This document shows positions 6,076 through 14,806 of a stretch of 30,515 bases of DNA, in pieces. The position numbers and the translations under genes were made by a program. The stretch spans positions 1 through 30,515 of the IMG/VR virus record IMGVR_UViG_3300028025_000021, one strand, 5' to 3'. Positions within the stretch are counted from its first letter, which is position 1. The number at the start of each line of letters is the position of its first letter. The notes beneath the pieces are model-generated. The model saw only the letters and a program-made list of their open reading frames with translations, made no database searches and was not told the DNA's origin. This stretch comes from a virus.

Positions 6076-6140
6076 ATCTGCTCAATTAAACCGATTAATA
6101 ATGTAAGGATTACCCATGCTAAAAATACTCGTCTTTTCAT
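6072..6140 (-). CDS. Possible 22-aa hydrophobic leader micro-ORF
   Basis: ATG at 6140 lies 24 nt downstream of the promoter box. It encodes MKRRVFLAWVILTLLIGLIEQI, and its TGA overlaps the ATG of the zinc-finger gene (ATGA). Confidence 0.3.
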   Translation of the reverse strand: MKRRVFLAWVILTLLIGLIEQI

Positions 6141-6164
6141 TGTGTTTTGCTTTAATGTTATATG

Positions 6165-6193
6165 CAAATATAATACTTATTTTGATATATCAA
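6165..6193 (-). promoter_or_regulatory. Bacteroidota-type promoter (TTG-N18-TATATTTG) of the small-gene/replication operon
   Basis: The minus strand reads TTG (6193..6191), an 18-nt spacer, TATATTTG (6172..6165) and then CATATAACA. This is a near copy of the promoter at 805..833. It sits directly after a strong terminator that closes the late region. Confidence 0.55.
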
Positions 6194-6230
6194 CAAAAAA
6201 ACAAACTTTGTCAACATTTTTTTTTATCAG

Positions 6231-6257
6231 AAAACAAAAAACCCCTATTTCTAGGGG
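6231..6257 (-). terminator. Rho-independent terminator
   Basis: The minus strand reads CCCCTA-GAAA-TAGGGG followed by TTTTTTGTTTT. It lies 45 nt after the phosphatase stop codon. Confidence 0.8.
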
Positions 6258-6301
6258 TTAAAGCAAGAATCTATGAAAAATTGGAATGCTCAAATATACA
6301 A

Positions 6302-7159
6302 TTAAATTGGAAACTGAGTGCTATCTACGATTGTTTTTTCGTGAAAAGGTGTGTGAATCTTTAATATTCTGCCTCCTAATGGCTTTGGTGGTGCGCCTCT
6401 TTCAACGTGCCATCCGCTAAATCCATCTTGATACTCTTCTTTGTACGTTCCTGTAAGCATTAAATGTATTCGTTTATGTTCTACAGAGTGTCCGCTTTTT
6501 GAATGTGTATGTACTTGCTCTCTAACGTCATTACGTGCAGCGTTTTCGTGAATGTGACCCATAGTGAACACATCCATGCCTTCAAACATCTCTAAAGCTC
6601 TAGTAAGGTTCAAAGCTCCTTTGGTAACTACACCACCACCACCTGAACCGTGAAAGTATTTTACCTTAGTACATTTGCGTTGAGTAGTTGTTACATTCTG
6701 ACGGATAAAGAACCAACCACCATAACCTCCAGTATGTACGTTAGAACCGTTCTTATAGTTTAACAAGTCAACAAATCTCTGTAGCAAGTCTGTTTCCTGA
6801 AACTTAATTATCGCAGTCTCGTGGTTTCCGTAGCCTAACACGGTTAATATGTGAGCATATGGTGACCACCACTCCACAGCAGTCTCTACGATAGAATCTA
6901 AGTACCTAGCGTTATTATGTTCAGGTCTTATCTCAGATTTGTTTCTACGGTTGTCTCCTCTTCCTTGCATCAAACAAAAGAAGTCACCGTTTACCATTAC
7001 AGGAATATTGTGCTTTACGCAGTAGTCTAGATGTTTACTGAGTAAATCCCAGTCACAGTGAGGATTGTCCCAATGTATATCTGACAGCATAGCTACCTGA
7101 GCCTCGTTTCCATCTACTACTAATTCGTGGATGTTACGAGAGTGCTTTATAACTTGCAT
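6302..7159 (-). CDS. Calcineurin-like metallophosphoesterase
   Basis: The canonical motif series is present: LSDIHWD, NGDFF, GNHE, FHGSG, GHIH. Confidence 0.8.
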   Translation of the reverse strand: MQVIKHSRNIHELVVDGNEAQVAMLSDIHWDNPHCDWDLLSKHLDYCVKHNIPVMVNGDFFCLMQGRGDNRRNKSEIRPEHNNARYLDSIVETAVEWWSPYAHILTVLGYGNHETAIIKFQETDLLQRFVDLLNYKNGSNVHTGGYGGWFFIRQNVTTTQRKCTKVKYFHGSGGGGVVTKGALNLTRALEMFEGMDVFTMGHIHENAARNDVREQVHTHSKSGHSVEHKRIHLMLTGTYKEEYQDGFSGWHVERGAPPKPLGGRILKIHTPFHEKTIVDSTQFPI

Positions 7160-7471
7160 TTATCCTCTAGCTTTCTTAATAATACGAGCTATGATATTAC
7201 CTAATACTTTTGGAGCTTTCTCGTCTACTGTTACGTCTACGTCAAGTCCGTTTACTTCGTCTTTTGTTATTTCTGCATCAATGATAGGAGTGTCTATCTC
7301 TGCTTTGAATTTACCGTCTTTTCGTGAAATCTTAATGTCAATGTTCTTAGTGTCGATATTGACCTCTAAGTCTTTTTTCTTTTTCTTAGCCATTTTTAAG
7401 CGTTTTAAAAGGTTGTTAAAATAATTCGGAATCAATATACCGAAAAATATGTAGAGTGCGTTAAAATTCAT
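7160..7471 (-). CDS. Hypothetical membrane-anchored protein (possible lysis accessory)
   Basis: It has an N-terminal hydrophobic segment ALYIFFGILIPNYF followed by a highly charged region. It lies immediately downstream of the putative endolysin. An alternative start is MAKKKKKD. Confidence 0.35.
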   Translation of the reverse strand: MNFNALYIFFGILIPNYFNNLLKRLKMAKKKKKDLEVNIDTKNIDIKISRKDGKFKAEIDTPIIDAEITKDEVNGLDVDVTVDEKAPKVLGNIIARIIKKARG

Positions 7472-8003
7472 TTATGAGGCAGTAAGATACGCTCTTTTGA
7501 TTCTTGCACAGTTTAATAATTCTTTCGTAGTGTGCGTTGTTCTGAACTACTTGACATCCTTCTGACCATCCACCAATTTTAGGAGATACATTTGCTGAAC
7601 CAAAGTTATAGGTAGAACCGTGAAAGTTCATGTATATATTGTTAGTATATACTTCTCCTACTACATCCGTTTTACCGTCTTTATCAAAGTCCCTTGTATA
7701 TGGAATGCCTTTCACTTGTCGTAGAGCTGGCATCTTGCCTTTATGAAGTCCGTATCTGTAACAGTCGTAGTGCCACATATCAGCCATCATTACAGCAGTT
7801 CCTTTTAAACCTTTGTTTGTAGTTCCAGCAGCTACCATTAAAAACTGCTCACCTCTGAACACATAGAACTTGTCATCGTATGCGTCTGTAGTGTCTTCGT
7901 TAGACCTTACTCCGAGAATCCAAACGTCATGTGGAACATACTGAAAATTAACAAGGCTTTTAACTCTATCTAAAAGCTCTTTGTCTTTGTAGCTTCTTAC
8001 CAT
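7461..8003 (-). CDS. Putative cell-wall hydrolase with a YkuD (L,D-transpeptidase)-like catalytic signature
   Basis: FHGSTYNFGSANVSPKIGGWSEGCQVV fits the H-G...S-x-G-C-[IVQ] active-site pattern of the YkuD fold. It is flanked by two small membrane-protein genes, which is a lysis-cassette context. Confidence 0.4.
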   Translation of the reverse strand: MVRSYKDKELLDRVKSLVNFQYVPHDVWILGVRSNEDTTDAYDDKFYVFRGEQFLMVAAGTTNKGLKGTAVMMADMWHYDCYRYGLHKGKMPALRQVKGIPYTRDFDKDGKTDVVGEVYTNNIYMNFHGSTYNFGSANVSPKIGGWSEGCQVVQNNAHYERIIKLCKNQKSVSYCLINEF

Positions 8004-8007
8004 TTAA

Positions 8008-8235
8008 TTACGCTTTTTTACGTTTAACAGTTGTTTCTTTTGGCAACACTGCGTAGTATGTAGAGTGGTTAGGTTTTCGTGTTTTTACATCGGTTGAAGC
8101 CTGAAACTTATCGTAACATCTGTACAGCTCACGTTCAACTTCGTTTAGCCTTTCGTTAGTGTAAAAAAGCCACGCTGCCAAAACACCGACAGCTCCGTGC
8201 TTTTTAATTGCGTCAAGTAAAACAGTTAGTGTCAT
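8008..8235 (-). CDS. Putative holin (single transmembrane segment, basic C-terminus)
   Basis: The hydrophobic core is HGAVGVLAAWLFY and the tail is charged (KRKKA). It lies directly upstream of the putative endolysin. Confidence 0.35.
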   Translation of the reverse strand: MTLTVLLDAIKKHGAVGVLAAWLFYTNERLNEVERELYRCYDKFQASTDVKTRKPNHSTYYAVLPKETTVKRKKA

Positions 8236-8237
8236 AG

Positions 8238-8546
8238 TTATTCAATGTCAACTAAATACCCAGCATTTTCAAAAGCAACCTTAGAATAATTCAAAGCTGT
8301 CTCAATGCTTTGTGCTTCTGTTGGTAATATTTCAACGGTTAAGTTACCCATCGGGACATCAGTAGAAAGAACTGCTGCTCCTGTCTCAAATGCACTTAAT
8401 GAAGCATAAGTTGCAACAGCAATTTCTAATGTTTTTCCATCCGCTCTACCAGCAAATTCTATACGACCATATACTTCAGGTAGTTCAATTGATGTACCTT
8501 GAATAGTAATTGTCTTTTCTTCTGTTGATTTAATAATTAATCCCAT
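8238..8546 (-). CDS. Hypothetical structural-region protein (102 aa)
   Basis: ATG-initiated ORF between the tail-fibre gene and the lysis genes. Confidence 0.5.
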   Translation of the reverse strand: MGLIIKSTEEKTITIQGTSIELPEVYGRIEFAGRADGKTLEIAVATYASLSAFETGAAVLSTDVPMGNLTVEILPTEAQSIETALNYSKVAFENAGYLVDIE

Positions 8547-8563
8547 TTTTTTTATTTATAAAG

Positions 8564-9760
8564 TTAAGATAATAGTCCTAAATTTTGTAATACTGTAACC
8601 AATTGACCTACGGTAGTTATTCCAGCGCTTGATTGTTGATATAGTTTTATTATGTTTCCGTTTTCAGTTCTAAAATGTGGCGCTGCATTACCAGCTACTA
8701 TATCTGCTGAGTATTGTTGGAATGAATCAATAACATTAGTAGACGGAACATTGGGGTGATTTCTAACTACAAGTGTATTGCCTCCATTACCCATATGAGT
8801 ATCAGTTCCTAAAGCCCCTGTACCATTTGTAATTATAGAAGATTGCTGACCAAGCAAACCAAATGAACCATTTGCCCTTGTGAGCGTTGATGGAGATTGA
8901 CTATTAAAATAGGTCATAAAAACATTATCCGCAAGTATATCATTACCTGATATTGATTTGCCTAAATGAATGGAATTAGTTCCTCCGTAATTAGACGAAC
9001 CTCCGTCATAACCAATTTTTAAAGAATAATTCCCAACTGTTTTAGTTCTACCTATACAAATACTTCCCGTTCCGTTTACAATTGAACCCCATCCAATACC
9101 AATAGCAAAAGTTGAACTTACTCCAGAACTTGCATTTGCTCCTAAAACAGTATTATATGTAGTTGTAGGCACAATCATATTTGATGAATTATGACCAACC
9201 GCTAGATTTCCAAAATTATCATTACCATATTGAATAATATTGAAAGTTCCCGCTTTAATTGAAGTCAAAGCATTATTTGCAGCTGGAATCCAATTCTGTG
9301 TGCCATCGCCATTAACAGTAAATATATTATCAGTATCCGCACTATTCCTAACTCTAAATGCTATATCACTTGATAACGCACCTTGAGAACGTACATCTAA
9401 ACGCACACTTAGTGAAGGCGTTGCACCTACTCCTAAACGCTTGTTTGTATTGTCCCAAAATAACGCAGAATCTTGCTGAACAACATTACCTGAACCTTGA
9501 AAAAATACCCTTCCAACAGTCCCTGAAGTTACAGAAGTAGTACCCACTGTAATGCCTGAAGAACCCCCAATAACTAAATCACCACTACCAAGTAAAGAAT
9601 TTCCGTTAACGGTTTTAATGTTCGTACCTGAAACTAAATCGTCTTGTTTGCCATCATATAACTCAGTAAAATTTGAATTAGTTTTGTCAAAAGCATTACG
9701 AAGAGCATCTCCTGTGCCGTCATTTGGTGTAGTGCCTATATTTATTGTTTGTTTAGCCAT
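8564..9760 (-). CDS. Tail fibre protein
   Basis: The N-terminus INIGTTPNDGTGDALRNAFDKTNSNFTELY is the widely conserved tail-fibre/baseplate attachment motif. The rest is rich in Gly, Ser, Asn and Thr and looks beta-structured. Confidence 0.65.
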   Translation of the reverse strand: MAKQTINIGTTPNDGTGDALRNAFDKTNSNFTELYDGKQDDLVSGTNIKTVNGNSLLGSGDLVIGGSSGITVGTTSVTSGTVGRVFFQGSGNVVQQDSALFWDNTNKRLGVGATPSLSVRLDVRSQGALSSDIAFRVRNSADTDNIFTVNGDGTQNWIPAANNALTSIKAGTFNIIQYGNDNFGNLAVGHNSSNMIVPTTTYNTVLGANASSGVSSTFAIGIGWGSIVNGTGSICIGRTKTVGNYSLKIGYDGGSSNYGGTNSIHLGKSISGNDILADNVFMTYFNSQSPSTLTRANGSFGLLGQQSSIITNGTGALGTDTHMGNGGNTLVVRNHPNVPSTNVIDSFQQYSADIVAGNAAPHFRTENGNIIKLYQQSSAGITTVGQLVTVLQNLGLLS

Positions 9761-9770
9761 TTTTTATATT

Positions 9771-9986
9771 TTAAATGTAATATATGTCAGCAGTTAAAAG
9801 GGTTGAATCAGCTTTATAGAGCGTAGTGTCTACAGTCAAAACATCTAAATCTCCGTCTAAATCTGTTTCAGGAGAATAGGATAAATCGTAGATACTTCCC
9901 CATCCATTAGTATTGTTTGTAGCACCTTGTCCCCAACCTATGATGTTGTTGACTGAACCTTTACCCCATCCTATTGTATTGCTCAT
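9771..9986 (-). CDS. Small GWG-repeat protein (71 aa)
   Basis: It has three IGWG/NGWG repeats (IGWGKGSVNN, IGWGQGATNN, NGWGSIY). It is preceded by the conserved AGTTAATTAATT-ATG leader. Confidence 0.5.
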   Translation of the reverse strand: MSNTIGWGKGSVNNIIGWGQGATNNTNGWGSIYDLSYSPETDLDGDLDVLTVDTTLYKADSTLLTADIYYI

Positions 9987-10014
9987 AATTAATTAACTAA
10001 TAATCCGTGTTTTG
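9987..10014 (-). promoter_or_regulatory. Conserved late-gene leader motif (AACACGGATTATTAGTTAATTAATT-ATG)
   Basis: 12 of 12 nt are identical to 24854..24865, and the next ~20 nt are closely similar. Related AGTTAAT-type leaders occur at 15798..15809 and 17278..17289. Confidence 0.4.
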
Positions 10015-10467
10015 TTATATGTACGTAGTCACCTTTAAGTACAATCCGTTTACATTCATTACGCCATTTGCTGGCGTTCCTGAAACTGTAGTTCTAATTC
10101 TTATTGTGTCACTATCTATATAGTCCGTTCTTATATGGTCTGTTGTAGGCAATGCGTTTAGATTAATCTCTATGTGAGTAGCCGTAGTAAGTAAGTTATC
10201 AAAACCAGCTATTTCATACTCACCAACACCAATATATGTAGCTACAGGAGCTGAACCGTAGTTATTAAAGTTATCTGTTAGGTTAGGCGCAGATGTACCA
10301 GCTTGGTCTATCCCACACACAAACGTATATGCACCAATTGAACGTAAAGCTGAACTTTCAGCATACTTTGAAACGTAGTTACCTGAGTCCTCCTGACTGA
10401 TTAGTACTAAGTCAAGGTTGTTTACATTGTTCGCTTGTGGAAATTCACTTATCTTTTTTACCGCCAT
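10015..10467 (-). CDS. Tail fibre/spike-associated protein
   Basis: The N-terminus KKISEFPQANNVNNLDLVLISQEDSG resembles the I-S-x-L-P...D-x-x-x-I-x-Q motif of fibre and tailspike N-termini. Confidence 0.4.
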   Translation of the reverse strand: MAVKKISEFPQANNVNNLDLVLISQEDSGNYVSKYAESSALRSIGAYTFVCGIDQAGTSAPNLTDNFNNYGSAPVATYIGVGEYEIAGFDNLLTTATHIEINLNALPTTDHIRTDYIDSDTIRIRTTVSGTPANGVMNVNGLYLKVTTYI

Positions 10468-10530
10468 TTTTAATCGTGTTTAGGTAAACCATTAATTTAA
10501 CTACGTTCTCCTTTTTAGGCTTATAAATCT

Positions 10531-11028
10531 TTAAATGTGCCATCCTGAAAAGTAATTATTTGAACTAGGTGAAACTTCACCGTTACTGTTAGTGTTATAC
10601 TCAGGAAACTGAGCTGAGTAATTACACATGAAGTCAATAAATCTCTGAGTATAATGCTGTGCTATATCACGCTCTTTTTCTACTAAGTAATCTACTTCCG
10701 TCTTTTCAACGTTAGAAGCGTTCTCTGAGTTGTGTTTATACACGCCTTTGTTAGCTATTGTATACGCTGCGAATGGTAAATACTCAACCATTGCCCAATG
10801 AATAAGCATAGGCTTTACATACGTCTTTAAAAGGCTTAAATAAGGGTCTGCTAAATTATCATTAACTATATCGTCTTTGATACGGTCTAGTAGTCTTGTA
10901 CCGAGATAGTTTTGTATGTGTATGTCTTGAGCTATTTTGATGAACTGAATGAATTTATCAGTGTCTACGTTACCTCCTAACGCAGTCAATTTAACTAAGT
11001 CGTTTCTTGTTATTAGTAAAGCCTCCAT
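10531..11028 (-). CDS. Putative head-tail connector / head completion protein
   Basis: It is a helical protein directly after the portal-MuF gene (TAATG overlap). The call rests on position and a general resemblance to gp6-like adaptors. Confidence 0.3.
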   Translation of the reverse strand: MEALLITRNDLVKLTALGGNVDTDKFIQFIKIAQDIHIQNYLGTRLLDRIKDDIVNDNLADPYLSLLKTYVKPMLIHWAMVEYLPFAAYTIANKGVYKHNSENASNVEKTEVDYLVEKERDIAQHYTQRFIDFMCNYSAQFPEYNTNSNGEVSPSSNNYFSGWHI

Positions 11029-12767
11029 TATTCTTTAGGTAAAAATCCGTTATTTGGCATATCCTTAGGAAGTGTAGAGACTTTAGGGTCATTCTTAACT
11101 ACATATCCGAACTTCTCTGCCTTTCTTACTGCTATTCGTTTTAAATTAGGGTCGTTTACATCAATAGCTTTACCCTCGAATGCTGCGTAAACTTGCTTAT
11201 TCCATCTGTGATGACAGTTACCACCACCTTTATAGAACCAAATGTTATAAGTGTCAGCTCCTCGTGGACCCCAACCCTCATTAACTGGTCTGTTGTTCAT
11301 CTGCAAAATGTCCTCTTTACGATAGATTTTTTTAGCTTCTATCATTTTTTTACAGAACGGTCTGCTTTTATCTGTAGTCTCACCAGCGTAAACGTACCTA
11401 GTCAGGAATTTAATTCCATTAATTACATCGTCTTGACCACTTCTAAGATTAGGTCTGTTATCTCCTGTGCTAACAAGCTCTACCAATTTGCTTAATAAAG
11501 ACTTCTTTTCTCCTTTTAGCAGTTCGTTTTCTGCGTCATCGTTATCATAGTCTACAGGAGATTCGTCTATTAGTAGCCAGTTGTCAGGTACGTCTTCTCC
11601 TAATGCGATTAAATCACGTGCTACTTCGTTGTCTAGAGAGCTGAGTTCTGTAGGTTCTTCTATCTTTCCGCTAGGGTCAGTAAACTCTAATGGTTTTAAC
11701 GTCTCGAAATACAGCTTTAAGCTGATACCGTTAACTGCTAATACACGGTCAAGAGCCTCAATTATCAAATCTTGGTACGGCTGAATAACCATGTTGTAAT
11801 AAAGAATGAACGAGTTCTGTAATTCGTCTGCATTAGAGCTAAATCCATTACTGCTGCTGATACCAAATAGCAATGGAGATGTTACGTTATGCCCTAGCAT
11901 TATTTTACGCATACACTCCTCTGAAAGGTATGTATAGTGTTCAGGTGCATCATTTAACGGAATGTCATCTACGGTAGTCTTTTGAGCTTCTGAGTGATTG
12001 AATGATACTATCACACGCTTACCTTTTGAACCAGTCAACGTGCCTAGAACCTTTCTTTCTACAGCATCCATCTCCTCCTCAGGTGGTAGTCCGTTATTAA
12101 AGTTGATTACTTTAGTTCCTGAGAAACCATTCTGAACCTCGTTAATTAAGTAGTCAGATATTTCTTGTTCTAAAACAGCATACGGTAAAGCTCCTTGATA
12201 GTCAACTAAAGCGAAGTACTTCATTCCAACTGAATAAGGTCGAATGTAAAGTATCTCTACAGTCTCTTTTGACGTTCCGAAAGATGGTATTCTTTTAGGA
12301 GGAAAGTTTTTAGTGTCTTCCCAGTTATCCGAGTAATAGTAGGCTTCTATTTCACCGTCTTTATTACACTTCTCAGGACGTAAAAGCTGTACTGGTATAT
12401 GATACGCTTTCTTAACTACTGAATGGTCTTTAGAGTAATGTACTTGGATTGCAAACTGTCCAAGCATCTTAGAATCCATAATCATTTTACGAACACAGTC
12501 CTTATTAAACATGGTCATAAATTGAGCGTACTGCTGAGGCTTTTTAGACGCATCTGAAGCGTTTAATCCTCTACCGTAAACCAATTTGATTATGTTGTTA
12601 ATGATTGCGTTGTTAGTAGGAGAATAAGTGTATCTGTCAATCAAATACTGAAAGTAATTATTGTCCTCACCATACATTACCCAGTCCTCACGTTTACCTT
12701 CTGTAATTACTGGAGTTTCGTATTTAGCAAGTTCGATAAACTTGACGTTGAAATTATTGTTGTCCAT
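11028..12767 (-). CDS. Portal protein fused to a MuF/SPP1 gp7-like head-morphogenesis domain
   Basis: The N-terminal ~430 aa is portal-like (YGEDNNYFQYLIDRYTYSPTNNAIINNI...). The C-terminus RPFCKKM...YRKEDI...GGGNCHHRW resembles the MuF C..C...H.nCRC motif. Confidence 0.65.
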   Translation of the reverse strand: MDNNNFNVKFIELAKYETPVITEGKREDWVMYGEDNNYFQYLIDRYTYSPTNNAIINNIIKLVYGRGLNASDASKKPQQYAQFMTMFNKDCVRKMIMDSKMLGQFAIQVHYSKDHSVVKKAYHIPVQLLRPEKCNKDGEIEAYYYSDNWEDTKNFPPKRIPSFGTSKETVEILYIRPYSVGMKYFALVDYQGALPYAVLEQEISDYLINEVQNGFSGTKVINFNNGLPPEEEMDAVERKVLGTLTGSKGKRVIVSFNHSEAQKTTVDDIPLNDAPEHYTYLSEECMRKIMLGHNVTSPLLFGISSSNGFSSNADELQNSFILYYNMVIQPYQDLIIEALDRVLAVNGISLKLYFETLKPLEFTDPSGKIEEPTELSSLDNEVARDLIALGEDVPDNWLLIDESPVDYDNDDAENELLKGEKKSLLSKLVELVSTGDNRPNLRSGQDDVINGIKFLTRYVYAGETTDKSRPFCKKMIEAKKIYRKEDILQMNNRPVNEGWGPRGADTYNIWFYKGGGNCHHRWNKQVYAAFEGKAIDVNDPNLKRIAVRKAEKFGYVVKNDPKVSTLPKDMPNNGFLPKE

Positions 12768-13116
12768 AAGTTATATATTCGTTATCGCTACTATGTGAGA
12801 CGTATATACTCGCTCCATTTGGTAGCTTGTTAACGCTAAATTCATTTGCTGGAATGTCAGTAACAAAAAGACGGTCATAGTAGATTATTTCGTCTTCGTC
12901 ATTTAGTAGCTTAAAGTCGTAAACTCGGTTATTAAGCAAGTCGTCTGTGATGTCTACCTCAACTGAATAGTAGTACTCTTCCTCAGTTACACCTTCCACA
13001 TCGTATAGAAAGTAAACATTGCGTGAGTCATCCCGAAGTACACACTTTGTGACTACAGGGTCTTTTAATACTAAGCTGAATATCTTAACCTCAGCAGCTG
13101 ACGTTGTTACTATCAT
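12754..13116 (-). CDS. Hypothetical structural-region protein (120 aa)
   Basis: ATG-initiated ORF that overlaps the portal start by 14 nt. Confidence 0.5.
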   Translation of the reverse strand: MIVTTSAAEVKIFSLVLKDPVVTKCVLRDDSRNVYFLYDVEGVTEEEYYYSVEVDITDDLLNNRVYDFKLLNDEDEIIYYDRLFVTDIPANEFSVNKLPNGASIYVSHSSDNEYITYGQQ

Positions 13117-13153
13117 ATATTAATAACTTAAAACGGCTGAATTGTTTTGAAAT

Positions 13154-13178
13154 AAAAAAAGGGAGACTATTGCCTCCC
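13154..13178 (-). terminator. Rho-independent terminator after the tail-tube-like gene
   Basis: The minus strand reads GGGAG-GCAATAGT-CTCCC followed by TTTTTTT. Confidence 0.7.
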
Positions 13179-13200
13179 TCCTTTTTAACCTATTGGTATT

Positions 13201-13755
13201 TTAAGTAGTAACAATTGTTGCACCACCAAATACAGCAGCTAACGTAGTCTCATCTGTACAGTCCAAGAAAGGAGCTGGGATGTTTTCCATAGCTGTTAGT
13301 GTTAAGTTATATCCGTTGAAGTCACCCATTGCAGTACCTGAAGAGATAGTACCAGCAGTTACGTCTGCACCTCTTTCAAGACCAGCAAGGAAATAGCTTC
13401 CTGAACGTGTACGTACAACTACGTGCGGTCGCCCATAAGCTAACAACTTAACTGTTTTGTGTGTTGTAGGGTCAAGAACTTTAAACTGAGCTACGATTGT
13501 TTGCTCAAAGAAAGTAGTTCCGTTGTCACGAGAAGTCTGAATAGTCTGCTCAAATGAGTTAGCACCTTTCAACTCCCACTTGTACAAGTCAGTAACTCCA
13601 GCTACATCTACAATTACATCTTCTAAACCTACTGATGAAGAGAAAGTAACGTCTGTAGGGTAGTTAATACCATAGTTAATGAAGTAGATAGCATCTAATC
13701 CTGAGATTCCGTCTTTACACGCTTCTAATCTACCGTTTGAAATATCACAAGCCAT
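13201..13755 (-). CDS. Putative major tail (tube) protein
   Basis: The pattern ...GANSFEQTIQTSRDNGTTFFEQTI...GRPHVVVRTRSGSYFLAGLERGADVT...GDFNGYNLTLTAMENIPAPF resembles siphovirus tail-tube families. The gene is bracketed by strong terminators, as expected for a highly expressed gene. Confidence 0.45.
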   Translation of the reverse strand: MACDISNGRLEACKDGISGLDAIYFINYGINYPTDVTFSSSVGLEDVIVDVAGVTDLYKWELKGANSFEQTIQTSRDNGTTFFEQTIVAQFKVLDPTTHKTVKLLAYGRPHVVVRTRSGSYFLAGLERGADVTAGTISSGTAMGDFNGYNLTLTAMENIPAPFLDCTDETTLAAVFGGATIVTT

Positions 13756-13771
13756 ATCTTTTTTGTTTTAT

Positions 13772-13803
13772 AAAAAAGGGAGGGAAGTTAGACCGCCCTC
13801 CCC
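13772..13803 (-). terminator. Rho-independent terminator after the major capsid gene
   Basis: The minus strand reads GGGAGGG-CGGTCTAACTT-CCCTCCC followed by TTTTTT. Confidence 0.8.
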
Positions 13804-13823
13804 TTCTTGAGTTTATTAATTAA

Positions 13824-14780
13824 TTAGTCTAAAGCTGGAGAGTAAACAACACAATCCTCTAAGATACCGATTTGAGTACCAGCAGTGTAACGAGCTACAA
13901 AACGTACGTTTTTAGAACCGTCAATCATAGCCATGTCAATCAACTTAATTTCGTTGTGGTCAGAAAGTAGACCAGTTCCGAAATACAAGTTCTCAGTAGT
14001 AGTAGCTAGGATAGAGTTGTTAGCAAGTCCGTTAGCAACAAATAAGCTAACTCCGTCAAAAGACAAACCTGAACCCATTCCGTACCATTGTGTACCTTGT
14101 GCGTTAGTACCAGCAGCACCAACACCAGCAGCAGCGAAACCACCCAATGCACGAACGTATGCACGAGCTACGTTTTGAGAAACATATACTTTCAAACCTT
14201 CTTTTCCATAAAGTGAAGACGGAAGAGCGTCAACCACACGACCTAATTCATCGATTACGTTTGTAGCGTCAATAGAAACACCAGCTAAAGACTGAGAGTT
14301 AGGAATACCTCCAAAAGCCTCAGCTAACGCTTGTGTAAAGATACCACCGAACTGTCCGTTAGTAGCTTCAACACCTCTCCAAAGTGAAGTCTCAGTAGCT
14401 TCTGCCATTTGTCCTAGCATACGAGCAATAAAGAAATCTTGGAAAGACTTAGGTAAAACGTCAAATGCAGAGTAACCCATCTCTAAAGAGTTCCAGTCAG
14501 ATGCAAAATCAGTCTTACACAAAAGTGCGTTAATTTGTAATTCCTTAGGCTCAATTGCACGCTCTGTCAAAGTAACATCTCCTGTAGCAGAGAAGTCACA
14601 AGTAGCATCTGCGATTAAAGAGTCAGAATCTAAACGCTTAATTGTTTGTTTGTACTTAACGTTAGGTACAACTGTTACCCCTCCGTTTTCGATTGTGTTA
14701 GCAGAAAGAAGACCAGCAGCGATATATTTACCAGCCGCTTCCCCTGCGTACGTTGTTGTGATGTCCAAATTTGTTGGCAT
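13824..14780 (-). CDS. Major capsid protein (HK97 fold)
   Basis: Support comes from its size, the N-terminus TTYAGEAAGKYIAAGLLSANTI, its position after the scaffold and protease genes, and the strong downstream terminator. Confidence 0.75.
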   Translation of the reverse strand: MPTNLDITTTYAGEAAGKYIAAGLLSANTIENGGVTVVPNVKYKQTIKRLDSDSLIADATCDFSATGDVTLTERAIEPKELQINALLCKTDFASDWNSLEMGYSAFDVLPKSFQDFFIARMLGQMAEATETSLWRGVEATNGQFGGIFTQALAEAFGGIPNSQSLAGVSIDATNVIDELGRVVDALPSSLYGKEGLKVYVSQNVARAYVRALGGFAAAGVGAAGTNAQGTQWYGMGSGLSFDGVSLFVANGLANNSILATTTENLYFGTGLLSDHNEIKLIDMAMIDGSKNVRFVARYTAGTQIGILEDCVVYSPALD

Positions 14781-14806
14781 AATTTATTGATTTTAAAAAG
14801 TGAATA

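Noticed and set aside
6292-6299. Another TATATTTG box directly after the phosphatase stop codon.
   Set aside because: There is no -33 TTG. The box sits only about 35 nt upstream of the strong terminator, with nothing to express. It is probably a chance occurrence in AT-rich sequence.
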